NCBI GenBank assembly: GCA_022840695.1
Contig: JALHDC010000002.1
Coordinates: 91,374 to 155,373 of the forward strand
Direction: 5' to 3'
DNA from: a bacterium
GTDB taxonomy: Bacteria > Patescibacteriota > Dojkabacteria > SC72
Length of the DNA stretch: 64,000 bases
Positions 1 through 9,731 of this stretch are shown one piece after another. How positions within the stretch are numbered: position 1 is the stretch's first letter; every line of letters begins with the position of its first letter. Below the pieces are notes generated by a model. The model saw nothing but the letters and a program-made list of their open reading frames with translations. It was not told where the DNA came from and did no database searches. Position numbers and translations under genes: made by a program.

Positions 1-753
1 CATGAACAAACAGCAGTTGTAGGGTTATCAAACAAAATAGTTGGTAAATTTGCAAAAAAGATATTCATATCATTTCCTTCCTCTGAAAAGTATTTTTCAA
101 AAGACAAAGTTATTCATACTGGAAATCTACTTAGACAGGAAATCTTTAATAAAAGTGGATCTGGTCCAATAGTTGAATCTCTTAAGGAAATGATAGAAAT
201 ACAGGAAGAGTATCCCATTATATATATATCAGGAGGAAGTTTAGGATCTCATTGTATTAACACTACAGTAAAAGATGCACTCCAACCATTACTCCAAGAT
301 TATCAAATAGTCTTACAAACCGGTGATAATAAGACATTCAACGATTATGATTGTCTTAATAAAGAAAAAAGAAAATTAAGAGAAGATTTACAAAAAAGAC
401 TTCTTTTAGTTAAATATGTTCAAAACAACGAAATTGGATACCTATTAAACAATATAGACCTTTTTGTAGGAAGATCTGGTGCTAATACAGTATATGAAAT
501 GGGAATATTAAGAATACCTTCAATATTAATTCCAATACCTTGGGTTACTCATAATGAGCAAACTATGAATGCTCAAATTTTACAAAATGTTGGTTTAGCA
601 GAAATAATGAACGAAGGAGAATTGACTCCGGAACAATTAGTTATAAAGATAGGTAGTTTCTTGAAAAAAGAAAGGAATATAAATGACCAAATGTTAAAAG
701 ATATATTTAAGAAAGATGCTGATAGAAAAATTTTAGAATATTTACAACTTTAA
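1..753 (+). CDS. murG: Undecaprenyl-PP-MurNAc-pentapeptide GlcNAc transferase (5'-truncated by window edge)
   Basis: Frame is open from base 1 (HEQTAVVGLSNK...TGN). Motifs GGSLGS, GRSGANTVYE, PSILIP and EQTMNA are present. Lies next to murA. Confidence 0.93.
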   Translation, partial: HEQTAVVGLSNKIVGKFAKKIFISFPSSEKYFSKDKVIHTGNLLRQEIFNKSGSGPIVESLKEMIEIQEEYPIIYISGGSLGSHCINTTVKDALQPLLQDYQIVLQTGDNKTFNDYDCLNKEKRKLREDLQKRLLLVKYVQNNEIGYLLNNIDLFVGRSGANTVYEMGILRIPSILIPIPWVTHNEQTMNAQILQNVGLAEIMNEGELTPEQLVIKIGSFLKKERNINDQMLKDIFKKDADRKILEYLQL

Positions 754-770
754 TTTATTAAAAACCAATT

Positions 771-2063
771 ATGTCAGACCTATTAGTTAGAGGTGGAAAT
801 CAACTTAGAGGAGAGGTAACACCAGCAGGAAACAAAAATTCAGCTCTTCCAATATTATGTGCAACTCTATTAACAAATGAAACTGTTACAATAAAGAACT
901 TTCCTGATTTAACTGATGTTACAAAATTAATAGAATTAATGATTTCAATGGGTTCAAAAATTAAATGGAACAAAGAGAAGAATATCCTCACTATAAATAA
1001 TTCAGATTTTAAAAATAACTTCGGAGATGAAGGATTTCCTCTAGGGATGAGAGGAGCAATTCTTTTGCTTGGTCCCCTTATTTCTAGAATGAAAAGTATA
1101 GAGGTTAAAGAAGAAATAGGTGGATGTTCTCTTGGAATCAGAGAATTAGATCCACATCTGGAAGTTTTTGAAGCATTAGGAGCCAAGATTAGTAATAATG
1201 GAACATTAAAAATAGATGTAAAAGATAAGTTGAAAGGAGGTTTCCTTTGGCAAGATTATATGAGTGTCACTACTACTGAAAATTTTGTAATGGCTGCAGT
1301 AAAAGCTAATGGTGTTTCAACAATGGTAAATGCTGCTTCTGAACCTCATGTTCAAGATCTATGTAATATTTTAATTTCAATGGGAGCTAAAATAGAGGGG
1401 ATTGGTTCTTCAAAACTAGTTGTGACAGGAGTAGAAGAGTTACACGGGACAGAATTTACAATAACATCTGATCATCATGAAATAACAACCTTGCTTGCAC
1501 TTGCTGCAATGACAAATGGAAATATAAAAGTAAATAATTCAATAAAAGAGCATTTTCCACTGATAAATAAAACTTTTTCAAAGTTTAATGTTAATATTAA
1601 ATATGAAGGAGATACTGCAATAGTAAAAGATGTTGAGAAACTTAAGATAAAAGAACCTTATACAAAAAATCTATTGCAGAAATTAGAGGCAGCACCATGG
1701 CCATATTTTCCAACAGATCTAATGCCCTTAATGATTGCATTGGCTGTCAAATCTGATGGTAGTATGATGTTTTGGAATAAATTATACGAAGGGGGCTTCT
1801 TTTGGATCCCAGAAATGATAAAATTTGGAGCACATATTGTAATGTGCGATCCACACAGAATAATAGTCTTTGGAAATAAACCTCTAAGGGCAGCCTCTGT
1901 AGATGCTCCTAACATTATTAGAGCAACAGTAGCACTACTAATGGTAGCTCTTACAATAGAAGGAGAATCAGTAATTAAGAATGCAGATACTATAAAAAGG
2001 GCACACCCTAATTTTATAGAAAATCTAAATAAGTTGGGTGCAAATTTAAAATGGATAAATTAG
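771..2063 (+). CDS. murA: UDP-N-acetylglucosamine 1-carboxyvinyltransferase
   Basis: GNKNSALP, GGCSLGIR (active Cys), SVTTTEN, NAASEPHV, PYFPTD; 430 aa. Confidence 0.95.
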   Translation: MSDLLVRGGNQLRGEVTPAGNKNSALPILCATLLTNETVTIKNFPDLTDVTKLIELMISMGSKIKWNKEKNILTINNSDFKNNFGDEGFPLGMRGAILLLGPLISRMKSIEVKEEIGGCSLGIRELDPHLEVFEALGAKISNNGTLKIDVKDKLKGGFLWQDYMSVTTTENFVMAAVKANGVSTMVNAASEPHVQDLCNILISMGAKIEGIGSSKLVVTGVEELHGTEFTITSDHHEITTLLALAAMTNGNIKVNNSIKEHFPLINKTFSKFNVNIKYEGDTAIVKDVEKLKIKEPYTKNLLQKLEAAPWPYFPTDLMPLMIALAVKSDGSMMFWNKLYEGGFFWIPEMIKFGAHIVMCDPHRIIVFGNKPLRAASVDAPNIIRATVALLMVALTIEGESVIKNADTIKRAHPNFIENLNKLGANLKWIN

Positions 2064-2863
2064 AAAAAGAAATAGAAAATATGAAGAATCCAACAGAAAC
2101 ATTTCAAACCCAATTTGATCCTAGATTACCTACTATGTTAAAAAGGACAACTTGTGGAATTGCTAGCCTATACTCTGGCCTTAAATATCTTGGTCATGAA
2201 GTAGGGGACTTTCCAGATTTCGCAATGAAATACATAGGTTCAAATAAGTTTAATGTACCAACATATACTGCAAATCTTTCTCATAATCAGAAAGATTTCA
2301 AAGTACCCATTCTTTATAATCCTCAAGATACTCCAGAAACTTTAGATTTAGCTTCTAATATAGCAACAAAGTTCAATAATGGTGGAATAACTAAAATAGA
2401 AAGAACACATACACCAGATGAAGAAATGAATTTAGCATTTACTATATCTAATGGTTTTGATCACAGAGGAGTCAATCCATTCTTAAAACAATTGAATTTA
2501 CCTCTAAGTGCGAAATTAGTTGAAACCAATGAATTACCACAAAGCCTTACAGAACAAGATAATTCGGTTATATTAGCATCAGTAGAGCATAAATACTTAG
2601 GATATCCTGCACATGCTCAAATACCAACAGAACATATTACGACTCATATTATTACCATATACAACATTTCTAAAATCGGAAATACCACAGTTGCGACATT
2701 TTCCGATCCAGCATTCCTTGATCCACAAGATGCAATACAGGTAAGATCTGTCGATTTTCTTAAAAATTGCCTAATCAAATCTACAATTATATCAGGCTTA
2801 CCTAACAATTCATCTACAGGCAACCAAGCTTTTTCAGAAAATCAGGAACTTGGTACAATTTAA
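2051..2863 (+). CDS. Hypothetical protein, possible C39-like papain-fold cysteine peptidase
   Basis: Q...TCGIASL, later H(IITI) and SDP, in the order expected for C39-like peptidases. Overlaps the murA stop and the murF 3' end. Confidence 0.5.
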   Translation: MDKLEKEIENMKNPTETFQTQFDPRLPTMLKRTTCGIASLYSGLKYLGHEVGDFPDFAMKYIGSNKFNVPTYTANLSHNQKDFKVPILYNPQDTPETLDLASNIATKFNNGGITKIERTHTPDEEMNLAFTISNGFDHRGVNPFLKQLNLPLSAKLVETNELPQSLTEQDNSVILASVEHKYLGYPAHAQIPTEHITTHIITIYNISKIGNTTVATFSDPAFLDPQDAIQVRSVDFLKNCLIKSTIISGLPNNSSTGNQAFSENQELGTI

Positions 2864-4196
2864 TACTGTTACTGGACTTAAGTAATATAGCAACCTTTCT
2901 ATTCTTTAATGTAGGTAGCTTATTATTCAACATTGCCGCTACTTCATCCGCAGATTCTAACTTTTCTCCAACACAAAATGATTCAAACATCTCTCCAACA
3001 TAATATATTTCATCAAAGCTATACTGCTTAACCAATTCTCCAATCTCCCTATGTTTCTGCTCTGATACTGAACCCAATTCTTTCATATCTCCTAAAACAA
3101 CAATTCTATGATACTCAGATGAAGGATATAGCTCATTAAAAGTTTTTAGTGACATCTCCATTGAAGTTGGATTTGCATTATATGCATCATTTACTATGCT
3201 TACATTTTCACCATACTGTAATCTTTCAAATCTTCCATTTACATTTTCAAAAAGTTCAACCATCTTTACACAATTATCCATACTAACTCCAAGAAGATTA
3301 GCAGCTATGATAGCAGCCATAGCATTATATACATATCCTTCTCCATAAACCTTAAGATTTACAGGCACTGTATTATCATAATATTTAAATACAAAGTGAG
3401 TACCAGATAAATCAACTTTAATATCTGATATTTGATAATTTGCATCAGTATGTCTACCAAAGGTAATTAATTGAGAATCTTTATTATACCCATCCTTTAT
3501 TCTTACCAATCTTTCATCATCAATATTTAATATTAATGGCTTTCCAGTTTTTTCCATATAATCAGCTAAATTCTTTTTTTCCTGATATATACTCTCTATA
3601 TCTCCAACTTTTTCAGCATGAACATGCCCAATATTTAACAATATTCCTATATCTGGATCTACAGAATTTACATGCCAAGAAATTTCTCCTTTTCTATCCA
3701 TACCACACTCTAAAACTATCGCATCTTCATCTTCGTACTGACTTAACAAAACAGCATTTCCCCAAACAGTATTTGTCTTTTCAGAATGTAAAACTTTTTT
3801 TTCACTCTTTAAAATATTTATTAACATACCTTTTGTTGTTGTTTTTCCAGTACTACCTGTTATTGCAACAACAGGGGCTGTAATAGGGGATAGGGCATAG
3901 TTTAAAACTTTCTCAAGTCCTTCCTCTATAGAATCAACCAATATTAAAGGTCTATTTAGTTCTCCAAGTTTATTAAATTTAGCATTCTCACAAAATGCCA
4001 TAGCTGCTCCATTTGCAATAGCATCCTCTATGAAATCATGTCCATCAAACTTCTCACCAACAATAGGGATATAAAAGTCTCCCTCCTTAATACTCCTACT
4101 ATCATGACTAAATCCTGTAAAAAAAGCATTTTCATCATAATTTCTAAACTCGAATTCTGGATATCTTTCCTTAATCTCTTTCAAATATATTTTCAT
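2814..4196 (-). CDS. murF: UDP-MurNAc-tripeptide:D-Ala-D-Ala ligase
   Basis: HDSR, GEKFDGHDF, ITGSTGKTTTK, NDAYNANPTSM, VLGDMKELG. ATG at 4196 is preferred over the 4256 extension. Confidence 0.93.
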   Translation of the reverse strand: MKIYLKEIKERYPEFEFRNYDENAFFTGFSHDSRSIKEGDFYIPIVGEKFDGHDFIEDAIANGAAMAFCENAKFNKLGELNRPLILVDSIEEGLEKVLNYALSPITAPVVAITGSTGKTTTKGMLINILKSEKKVLHSEKTNTVWGNAVLLSQYEDEDAIVLECGMDRKGEISWHVNSVDPDIGILLNIGHVHAEKVGDIESIYQEKKNLADYMEKTGKPLILNIDDERLVRIKDGYNKDSQLITFGRHTDANYQISDIKVDLSGTHFVFKYYDNTVPVNLKVYGEGYVYNAMAAIIAANLLGVSMDNCVKMVELFENVNGRFERLQYGENVSIVNDAYNANPTSMEMSLKTFNELYPSSEYHRIVVLGDMKELGSVSEQKHREIGELVKQYSFDEIYYVGEMFESFCVGEKLESADEVAAMLNNKLPTLKNRKVAILLKSSNSIKLYQVPDFLKKLGCL

Positions 4197-4371
4197 CTTT
4201 TCTAGTACTAAATTTATTCCTCTCTCTAATATATTAGTTATTAAATATATTTTCAATAATAATAGCTATCGGTTCTTGAATCTTTTTTGTACTCAATTTA
4301 GATCATTTCCTATTATTTCAACACAATATTGTATCCTAGAGAATTATATTTGAGCCTGTAGTGATTTTCAC

Positions 4372-4434
4372 TTGACCTAAGTACACAGCAATGTTAAATT
4401 AGTGGCAAGAAGTGGTAAAAAGTGGTGAAAGGTG
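4372..4434 (+). promoter_or_regulatory. mraZ promoter (TTGACC-17-TAAATT) followed by MraZ-binding direct repeats
   Basis: AGTGGcaaga AGTGGtaaaa AGTGGtgaaa GGTG at 4401-4434, 10-bp period. Matches the known GTGG-N6 MraZ operator. Confidence 0.85.
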
Positions 4435-4447
4435 ATATATTAAAAAC

Positions 4448-4891
4448 ATGCTAATAGGGGAATACAAAAGCAAAATAGGAGAAAAGAAAAGAGTATCACT
4501 TCCAAAGAAATTTAGAGAGGAATTAGGTAATAATCTAATTCTTACAAGAGGATATGAAGATGCATTAATAATAGTAAATGAGAAATTGTGGAAAAAGATA
4601 GCGACAGAGGTGATAAATGGCTCTTTTATAAATAAAGATATCAGAGATACAAGTAGATTCTTAGTAGGAAGTGCAAAAGAAATCTCAACAGATGAACAAG
4701 GTAGATTTGTAATACCTGAGTCTCTTTTTGAACATGCAAATTTAGATAAAGAAATAGTATTTATTGGATTGGTAAATTGGGTAGAAGTTTGGGATAAAGA
4801 GAAATGGAATGAAAGAGTGGAGTATTTAAAGACTCACGGAGAAGAGATTGCACAAGAGATTAGTAAAATGAGTAGGAAAGAGAATGAATAA
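4448..4891 (+). CDS. mraZ: Division/cell-wall cluster repressor MraZ
   Basis: MLIGEY, RVSLPKKFR, DEQGRFVIP, VEVWD; first gene of the dcw operon. Confidence 0.95.
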   Translation: MLIGEYKSKIGEKKRVSLPKKFREELGNNLILTRGYEDALIIVNEKLWKKIATEVINGSFINKDIRDTSRFLVGSAKEISTDEQGRFVIPESLFEHANLDKEIVFIGLVNWVEVWDKEKWNERVEYLKTHGEEIAQEISKMSRKENE

Positions 4892-5771
4892 AATACATAT
4901 TCCAGTATTGCTAAAAGAATCCATTGATTCACTTAATATACAAAAGGATGAATTTTACATTGATTGTACATTAGGAGATGGAGGACATAGTGTAGAAATA
5001 CTAAAAAACCTTTCAAAAGATGGCCTATTACTAAGTCTAGATCATGATCAATATGCAATTGATTTTGCCAAAGAATACTATCCTAAAGAAGTAACTCAGG
5101 GTAATTGGATGATTAAAAAGGCAAATTTTAAAGATATTAAGACTTGTGCAAAAGAGGTTGGAAGAAATCCAAAAGGTATACTCATAGATTTAGGATTGTC
5201 ATCAAGACAGTTAGAGGATTCTCACAACAGAGGATTTAGTTACCAAGAAGCAGACGAACCACTAGATATGAGAATGGATCAAGATTTGGGTGTAAGTGCC
5301 AAGGATTTACTAAATGTATTACCGGAGAAAGAGCTCGGAAACCTATTTCATACCTATGGAGAAGAGAAATATGCTTACAGAATAGCTAAGAATATTAAGA
5401 AAAACATATCTGATATCAATACAGTTGGAGATCTCACACGGCTTATCTACAAAGTAGTGCCGGCTGTTAACTCAAACAAGAACCCTTCTCGCAGGGTCTT
5501 TCAGGCCCTGCGAATCGTGGTAAACGATGAGTTAAACAACCTTTCAAAAGTCTTAGATGAGTCGTTTGAGATCTTACAAAAAGAAGGAAGAATATCAATA
5601 ATATCTTTCCATTCTTTAGAAGATCGAATAGTTAAAAACTATTTCTTTGAAAAACAGGGAAGCGGAGAAGGGGAATTGCTTTTTAAAAGTCATATTGCCC
5701 CAACCGACGACGAAAAAGAGCAGAATCCTAGATCCGCTTCCGCCAAGTTAAGAACATTAATTAAAAAATAG
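4884..5771 (+). CDS. rsmH: 16S rRNA m4C1402 methyltransferase
   Basis: HIPVLL, DCTLGDGGHS, DLGLSSRQL, PLDMRMD, FQALRIVVN, SFHSLEDRIVK, NPRSASAKLR. Confidence 0.97.
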   Translation: MNKIHIPVLLKESIDSLNIQKDEFYIDCTLGDGGHSVEILKNLSKDGLLLSLDHDQYAIDFAKEYYPKEVTQGNWMIKKANFKDIKTCAKEVGRNPKGILIDLGLSSRQLEDSHNRGFSYQEADEPLDMRMDQDLGVSAKDLLNVLPEKELGNLFHTYGEEKYAYRIAKNIKKNISDINTVGDLTRLIYKVVPAVNSNKNPSRRVFQALRIVVNDELNNLSKVLDESFEILQKEGRISIISFHSLEDRIVKNYFFEKQGSGEGELLFKSHIAPTDDEKEQNPRSASAKLRTLIKK

Positions 5772-5778
5772 TACTAGA

Positions 5779-6084
5779 ATGACCAGATCAACAAAAAAAC
5801 AAAATACAACATTAACAATATTTCTATTCACATTGTTCATATTTACACTTTCACAGCTTTTCATAAACTCTATACTAAGTCCATTAGGTATAGAATTACA
5901 AAGTTTAAACAGGGAGAAAAACTATCTAGTTGAAGAAAACAGATCAATGGAGGAGCAAATAGCAAAAACTAATTCCATTACTGTCATTAAAAAGCTAGCA
6001 GATAAAGAATTAAATATATCCTCATCTTCTGAGAAAACAATCATTTACATAGAAGACAGAAGTATAATAGCCGAAAGACAGTAA
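5779..6084 (+). CDS. ftsL: FtsL-like cell division protein
   Basis: One TM helix followed by a coiled coil; sits between rsmH and ftsI. Confidence 0.7.
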   Translation: MTRSTKKQNTTLTIFLFTLFIFTLSQLFINSILSPLGIELQSLNREKNYLVEENRSMEEQIAKTNSITVIKKLADKELNISSSSEKTIIYIEDRSIIAERQ

Positions 6085-7916
6085 TGCCTAGTCTTAACCA
6101 TTTCCATTCAAAAAGAAAAGGTTCTAAAGTTTCAAAAAGTAATAAATCTAATTATAACAATATACTACTTGTTGGTTATGGCATTACTTTACTAGCTGCT
6201 ATATTAATATTTCAGATTTTCAGATGGCAAGTTATATTCGCAGAAAAATTCAAGAATATGGCAGAAGGCCAATACAAGACTAGTCAGATTCAAGTTGCAC
6301 CTAGAGGTACTATAACAGCAGCAGATGGAACTGTACTAGCAGTAGATGAGCCGGTATGGAACATCTATGCTACACTTAGTACGAATGAGGAAGAAAGAGA
6401 AAGATTCTTTGAAAATAAAGATAAATTTGTTACAGAGGTAGCTTCAATCTTAAATGTTGAAAGGAGTGAGATAGAATCAAAAATAGATGATGATTTTGTT
6501 TATGCACCCTTAAAAAAGCAGGTGTCCACAGAAAAAAAGAAAGCATTAGAACAAGCAGAAATATTCGGAGAAGGAACAGCAGGATTTGGTCTATATTTTG
6601 AAAATGAAGAGAAAAGAGTATATCCAAATAATACACTGGCATCACATGTACTAGGATTTATTGGAAAAGATGAAAAGGGAGATTTAGTTGGTCAATACGG
6701 TATACAAGGATACTATTATGGAGATATTACTGGAAGAGAAGGATATTCGTATGAGGAAAAAGATTCTTCAGGAAATGTAATATTAACAGCAGAATATGAA
6801 CCAATACTTCCTAGAGAGGGAAAAGATTTCAAGTTAACCATAGTTCCTAATATACAAACAAAAGTAGAGGAAATACTTGAAGAGGGAGTGAAGAATAGTA
6901 GGGCAAAGAGCGGTTCTGCAATCATCATGGATCCCAAAACTGGAGCAATATTGGCAATGGCCAATTATCCAGCATATGATCCCAACGAGTATTGGAGAGC
7001 ATCAGAAGCATGGATTTTGAAAAATCGTGCAGTATCAGATGTATATGAATACGGATCTGTACAGAAACCAATAACCTTAGCTATAGCTCTGGAAAATGGT
7101 GTCATAAACAAAGATTATATTTGTAATGATAGCAAAGGGTATATGGATCTTTTTGAAGCTACTGGATATGCAGACTTAAAAGGGAAAAGAATATATACAT
7201 GGAATAGAAGAGCTGCAGGAATACTGGATATTGCTGGCATATTTAAAGAATCAAACAACCCATGTACTGCAGAAATAGCACTTAAAATGGATTTTAATGA
7301 ATTCTATTCTGCCCTTAAAGAGTTTGGGATAGGAGAGTTCATAGGTATAGGGTTACAGGAGGAGAGTAGTAGCTATATAAAAAGTAAAGAATTATGGACC
7401 AAATTAGACACAATAACTACCTCGTACGGACAGGGTGGTATATCAGCTACATCTTTACAGGTGCTTTCTGCATTAAGTACATTTGCTAATGATGGAGTAC
7501 GAATGAGGCCATACATAATTTCAGAGATTAAGGATGAGAAAGAAACTATAGAAATAAAACCTCAAATACTTTCAACACCTGTTTCTAAAGAAACTTCACA
7601 AATAATAAGAGATGCATTGGTAAAAGCAGTAAAGCATAATTCTTTAAGTGCAAATGCACTACCTTTAATGGAATATGAAATAGCTGCAAAAACAGGTACT
7701 GCTCAAATTTTAATGGAAGAAGTAGGAGGATATAGTGAAAAATTCTCTAACGATACGGTCGTAGGATTTGCTCCTGCTAATAATCCTAAAATGATAATGT
7801 TAGTTAAGCTACAGGAACCAAAGAATGCTGGCTTTGCAACATTGACCACTGTACCAATATGGAGAGATATATTCTTAGCAATAGCAGATGATATGGAAAT
7901 ACAGAAGCAAAATTGA
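6084..7916 (+). CDS. ftsI: Class B penicillin-binding protein (FtsI)
   Basis: N-terminal TM, RGTI, RVYP, SxxK (SVQK), SNN, KTGTAQ. Confidence 0.9.
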   Translation: MPSLNHFHSKRKGSKVSKSNKSNYNNILLVGYGITLLAAILIFQIFRWQVIFAEKFKNMAEGQYKTSQIQVAPRGTITAADGTVLAVDEPVWNIYATLSTNEEERERFFENKDKFVTEVASILNVERSEIESKIDDDFVYAPLKKQVSTEKKKALEQAEIFGEGTAGFGLYFENEEKRVYPNNTLASHVLGFIGKDEKGDLVGQYGIQGYYYGDITGREGYSYEEKDSSGNVILTAEYEPILPREGKDFKLTIVPNIQTKVEEILEEGVKNSRAKSGSAIIMDPKTGAILAMANYPAYDPNEYWRASEAWILKNRAVSDVYEYGSVQKPITLAIALENGVINKDYICNDSKGYMDLFEATGYADLKGKRIYTWNRRAAGILDIAGIFKESNNPCTAEIALKMDFNEFYSALKEFGIGEFIGIGLQEESSSYIKSKELWTKLDTITTSYGQGGISATSLQVLSALSTFANDGVRMRPYIISEIKDEKETIEIKPQILSTPVSKETSQIIRDALVKAVKHNSLSANALPLMEYEIAAKTGTAQILMEEVGGYSEKFSNDTVVGFAPANNPKMIMLVKLQEPKNAGFATLTTVPIWRDIFLAIADDMEIQKQN

Positions 7917-7957
7917 GATAATGTTTATGTAATATATTAAATTTAGAAATTTAATCA

Positions 7958-8986
7958 ATGTCTGAAATACTGAAACAAAGTCTACAATACCTATTTCTAA
8001 CCATTATTGTTTCTTCTATATTTGCTCCAATAATGATCTCCATTCTTTACAAATTTAATCAAGTAAGTGGAATAAAAAGATCAAAGATAGGAGCAGGAGA
8101 AGGAGATAACACTTTGTTTATGAAGATAATGAAATCAGCAACTACAAATGGAACCCCTAACATGGGAGGAATTTTAATATGGATAGTTGTACCATTAATG
8201 GTATTACTATTAGTTCCATTAACACCAATTATTAAGGTATTTCTTTTTGGCTTTATTCTTTTTGGTTTTTGGGGATTCATAGATGTAGTAGTATTTACAA
8301 ATGGATTTAAACATAATGAAAAAATAAGAGCATTTCAGGAAACATTTGAATGGAGGATGGGGAAGTTAACATTTTCCATACTGTTAAATATTCTCGTTAT
8401 GTATTTCCTCTTTAGGACAAACCTATTCACCTCAATATCTATTCTAGATCTGCTATATATAAATATAACTCCGATACTTTTAATTTTTATGGGAGCTATT
8501 GGTCAATTTGCCATATATGCAGCAGAATTAACAGACGGAGCAGATGGTTTAATGATTGGCATATTTACAATCATTAATTTCGCAATGATTCTTCTTTTGA
8601 CAGTCCAACAACAGTATGAGTTTCTGCCAATACTCTGCATAATTCTAGGAGTACAAATAATAGATCTATACTTCAATATACCACCAGCCAGGTTCTGGAA
8701 TGGAGGTCCAGGAGCTATGCCACTGGGCTATACAATGTTTTTTGTTGCATTGGTAACAGATAATATCCCAGCATATCTTCTAATGTCTTCAATAACATGG
8801 TTAATAATGGCATCGAGTGCAATCCAAATAATAAGTATGAAATTTTTTAATAAAAGAGTCTTTAAAATTGCACCAATACATCACCATTTTCAAGCGAATG
8901 GATGGCCTCAATACAAAGTAACAATGAGATTTTGGCTGTTCACAGTACTTACAAGTATTATAGGAATATATATCGGTCTACTATAA
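7958..8986 (+). CDS. mraY: MraY-family phospho-MurNAc-pentapeptide transferase (catalytic motifs divergent)
   Basis: GTPNMGG, TDGADGL, PIHHHF, multiple TMs, dcw position. The DD and MGD motifs are altered. Confidence 0.8.
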   Translation: MSEILKQSLQYLFLTIIVSSIFAPIMISILYKFNQVSGIKRSKIGAGEGDNTLFMKIMKSATTNGTPNMGGILIWIVVPLMVLLLVPLTPIIKVFLFGFILFGFWGFIDVVVFTNGFKHNEKIRAFQETFEWRMGKLTFSILLNILVMYFLFRTNLFTSISILDLLYINITPILLIFMGAIGQFAIYAAELTDGADGLMIGIFTIINFAMILLLTVQQQYEFLPILCIILGVQIIDLYFNIPPARFWNGGPGAMPLGYTMFFVALVTDNIPAYLLMSSITWLIMASSAIQIISMKFFNKRVFKIAPIHHHFQANGWPQYKVTMRFWLFTVLTSIIGIYIGLL

Positions 8987-9691
8987 CTCTTCACAAGAGA
9001 TATCAGGACCTTCGCATGTACAAAGTTCTTGCTTCTCAGAGTTTTTAAATACCTCTCCCTGAGCATACAATTTACCCTTAACAAAGCATGTATTTAAATC
9101 ATATATTTGACCACTCTCACCTTGATAAAGAACAATAAACTCTTCTACATCTCCAATATTAAAATTTGATATCTGAAAATCATTGCTTATTACACAAACC
9201 CTACTATACAAACTCTCATCTCTATTTGTAATTGTAGTAAATATCAAGCTGTCATCTTTCCTCTCATACATACCAACCTGTGCAGGTGCTAATCCATCTT
9301 CCCCACACAAAGCCTCTCTATGTAGAGTAAATTTTATACTGCTATCCCTTTGATCGATATCTTCCAATGATATCTTATTCAGATCAGGATCGTTCTTTTC
9401 TAGAAAATTAATAAATGAATATGAAAAAGATAGAGCAGATGATGAAAAAGATTCATATGTCATACCAGCCTGCTCACTCTCACACAATATTTCCCCACTT
9501 TTAGAACAGTAACAGTCATTCCTCCCTTGATAATTCACTATCTGTTCACCTTCCAAATATTCAATTCCATCATAATTGCACTCTCCTAAACCTAAACTCT
9601 TTCTGTTATTAACAAAAAACAGAACCACTGAGGCTATTAATAGACAGAATGTAATTAACAATAACCAATTCTTTTGTTTTACCTTACCCAT
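8981..9691 (-). CDS. Membrane-anchored Cys-rich protein with two VWC-like modules
   Basis: N-terminal TM; CNYDGIEYLEGE...CYC...ILC and CFVKGKLYAQGE...CTC...ISC. Confidence 0.65.
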   Translation of the reverse strand: MGKVKQKNWLLLITFCLLIASVVLFFVNNRKSLGLGECNYDGIEYLEGEQIVNYQGRNDCYCSKSGEILCESEQAGMTYESFSSSALSFSYSFINFLEKNDPDLNKISLEDIDQRDSSIKFTLHREALCGEDGLAPAQVGMYERKDDSLIFTTITNRDESLYSRVCVISNDFQISNFNIGDVEEFIVLYQGESGQIYDLNTCFVKGKLYAQGEVFKNSEKQELCTCEGPDISCEEL

Positions 9692-9731
9692 GACGACATA
9701 TATTTTACCACATTTATGCTAGAATCAATCT

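Noticed and set aside
4197-4256. murF N-terminal extension repeating MKIYL
   Set aside because: The upstream start is TTG in AT-rich DNA, the short repeat is plausibly chance, and the MurF-like sequence begins at ATG 4196.
4401-4434. 10-bp periodic AGTGG repeats as a novel element
   Set aside because: Explained by the known MraZ operator.
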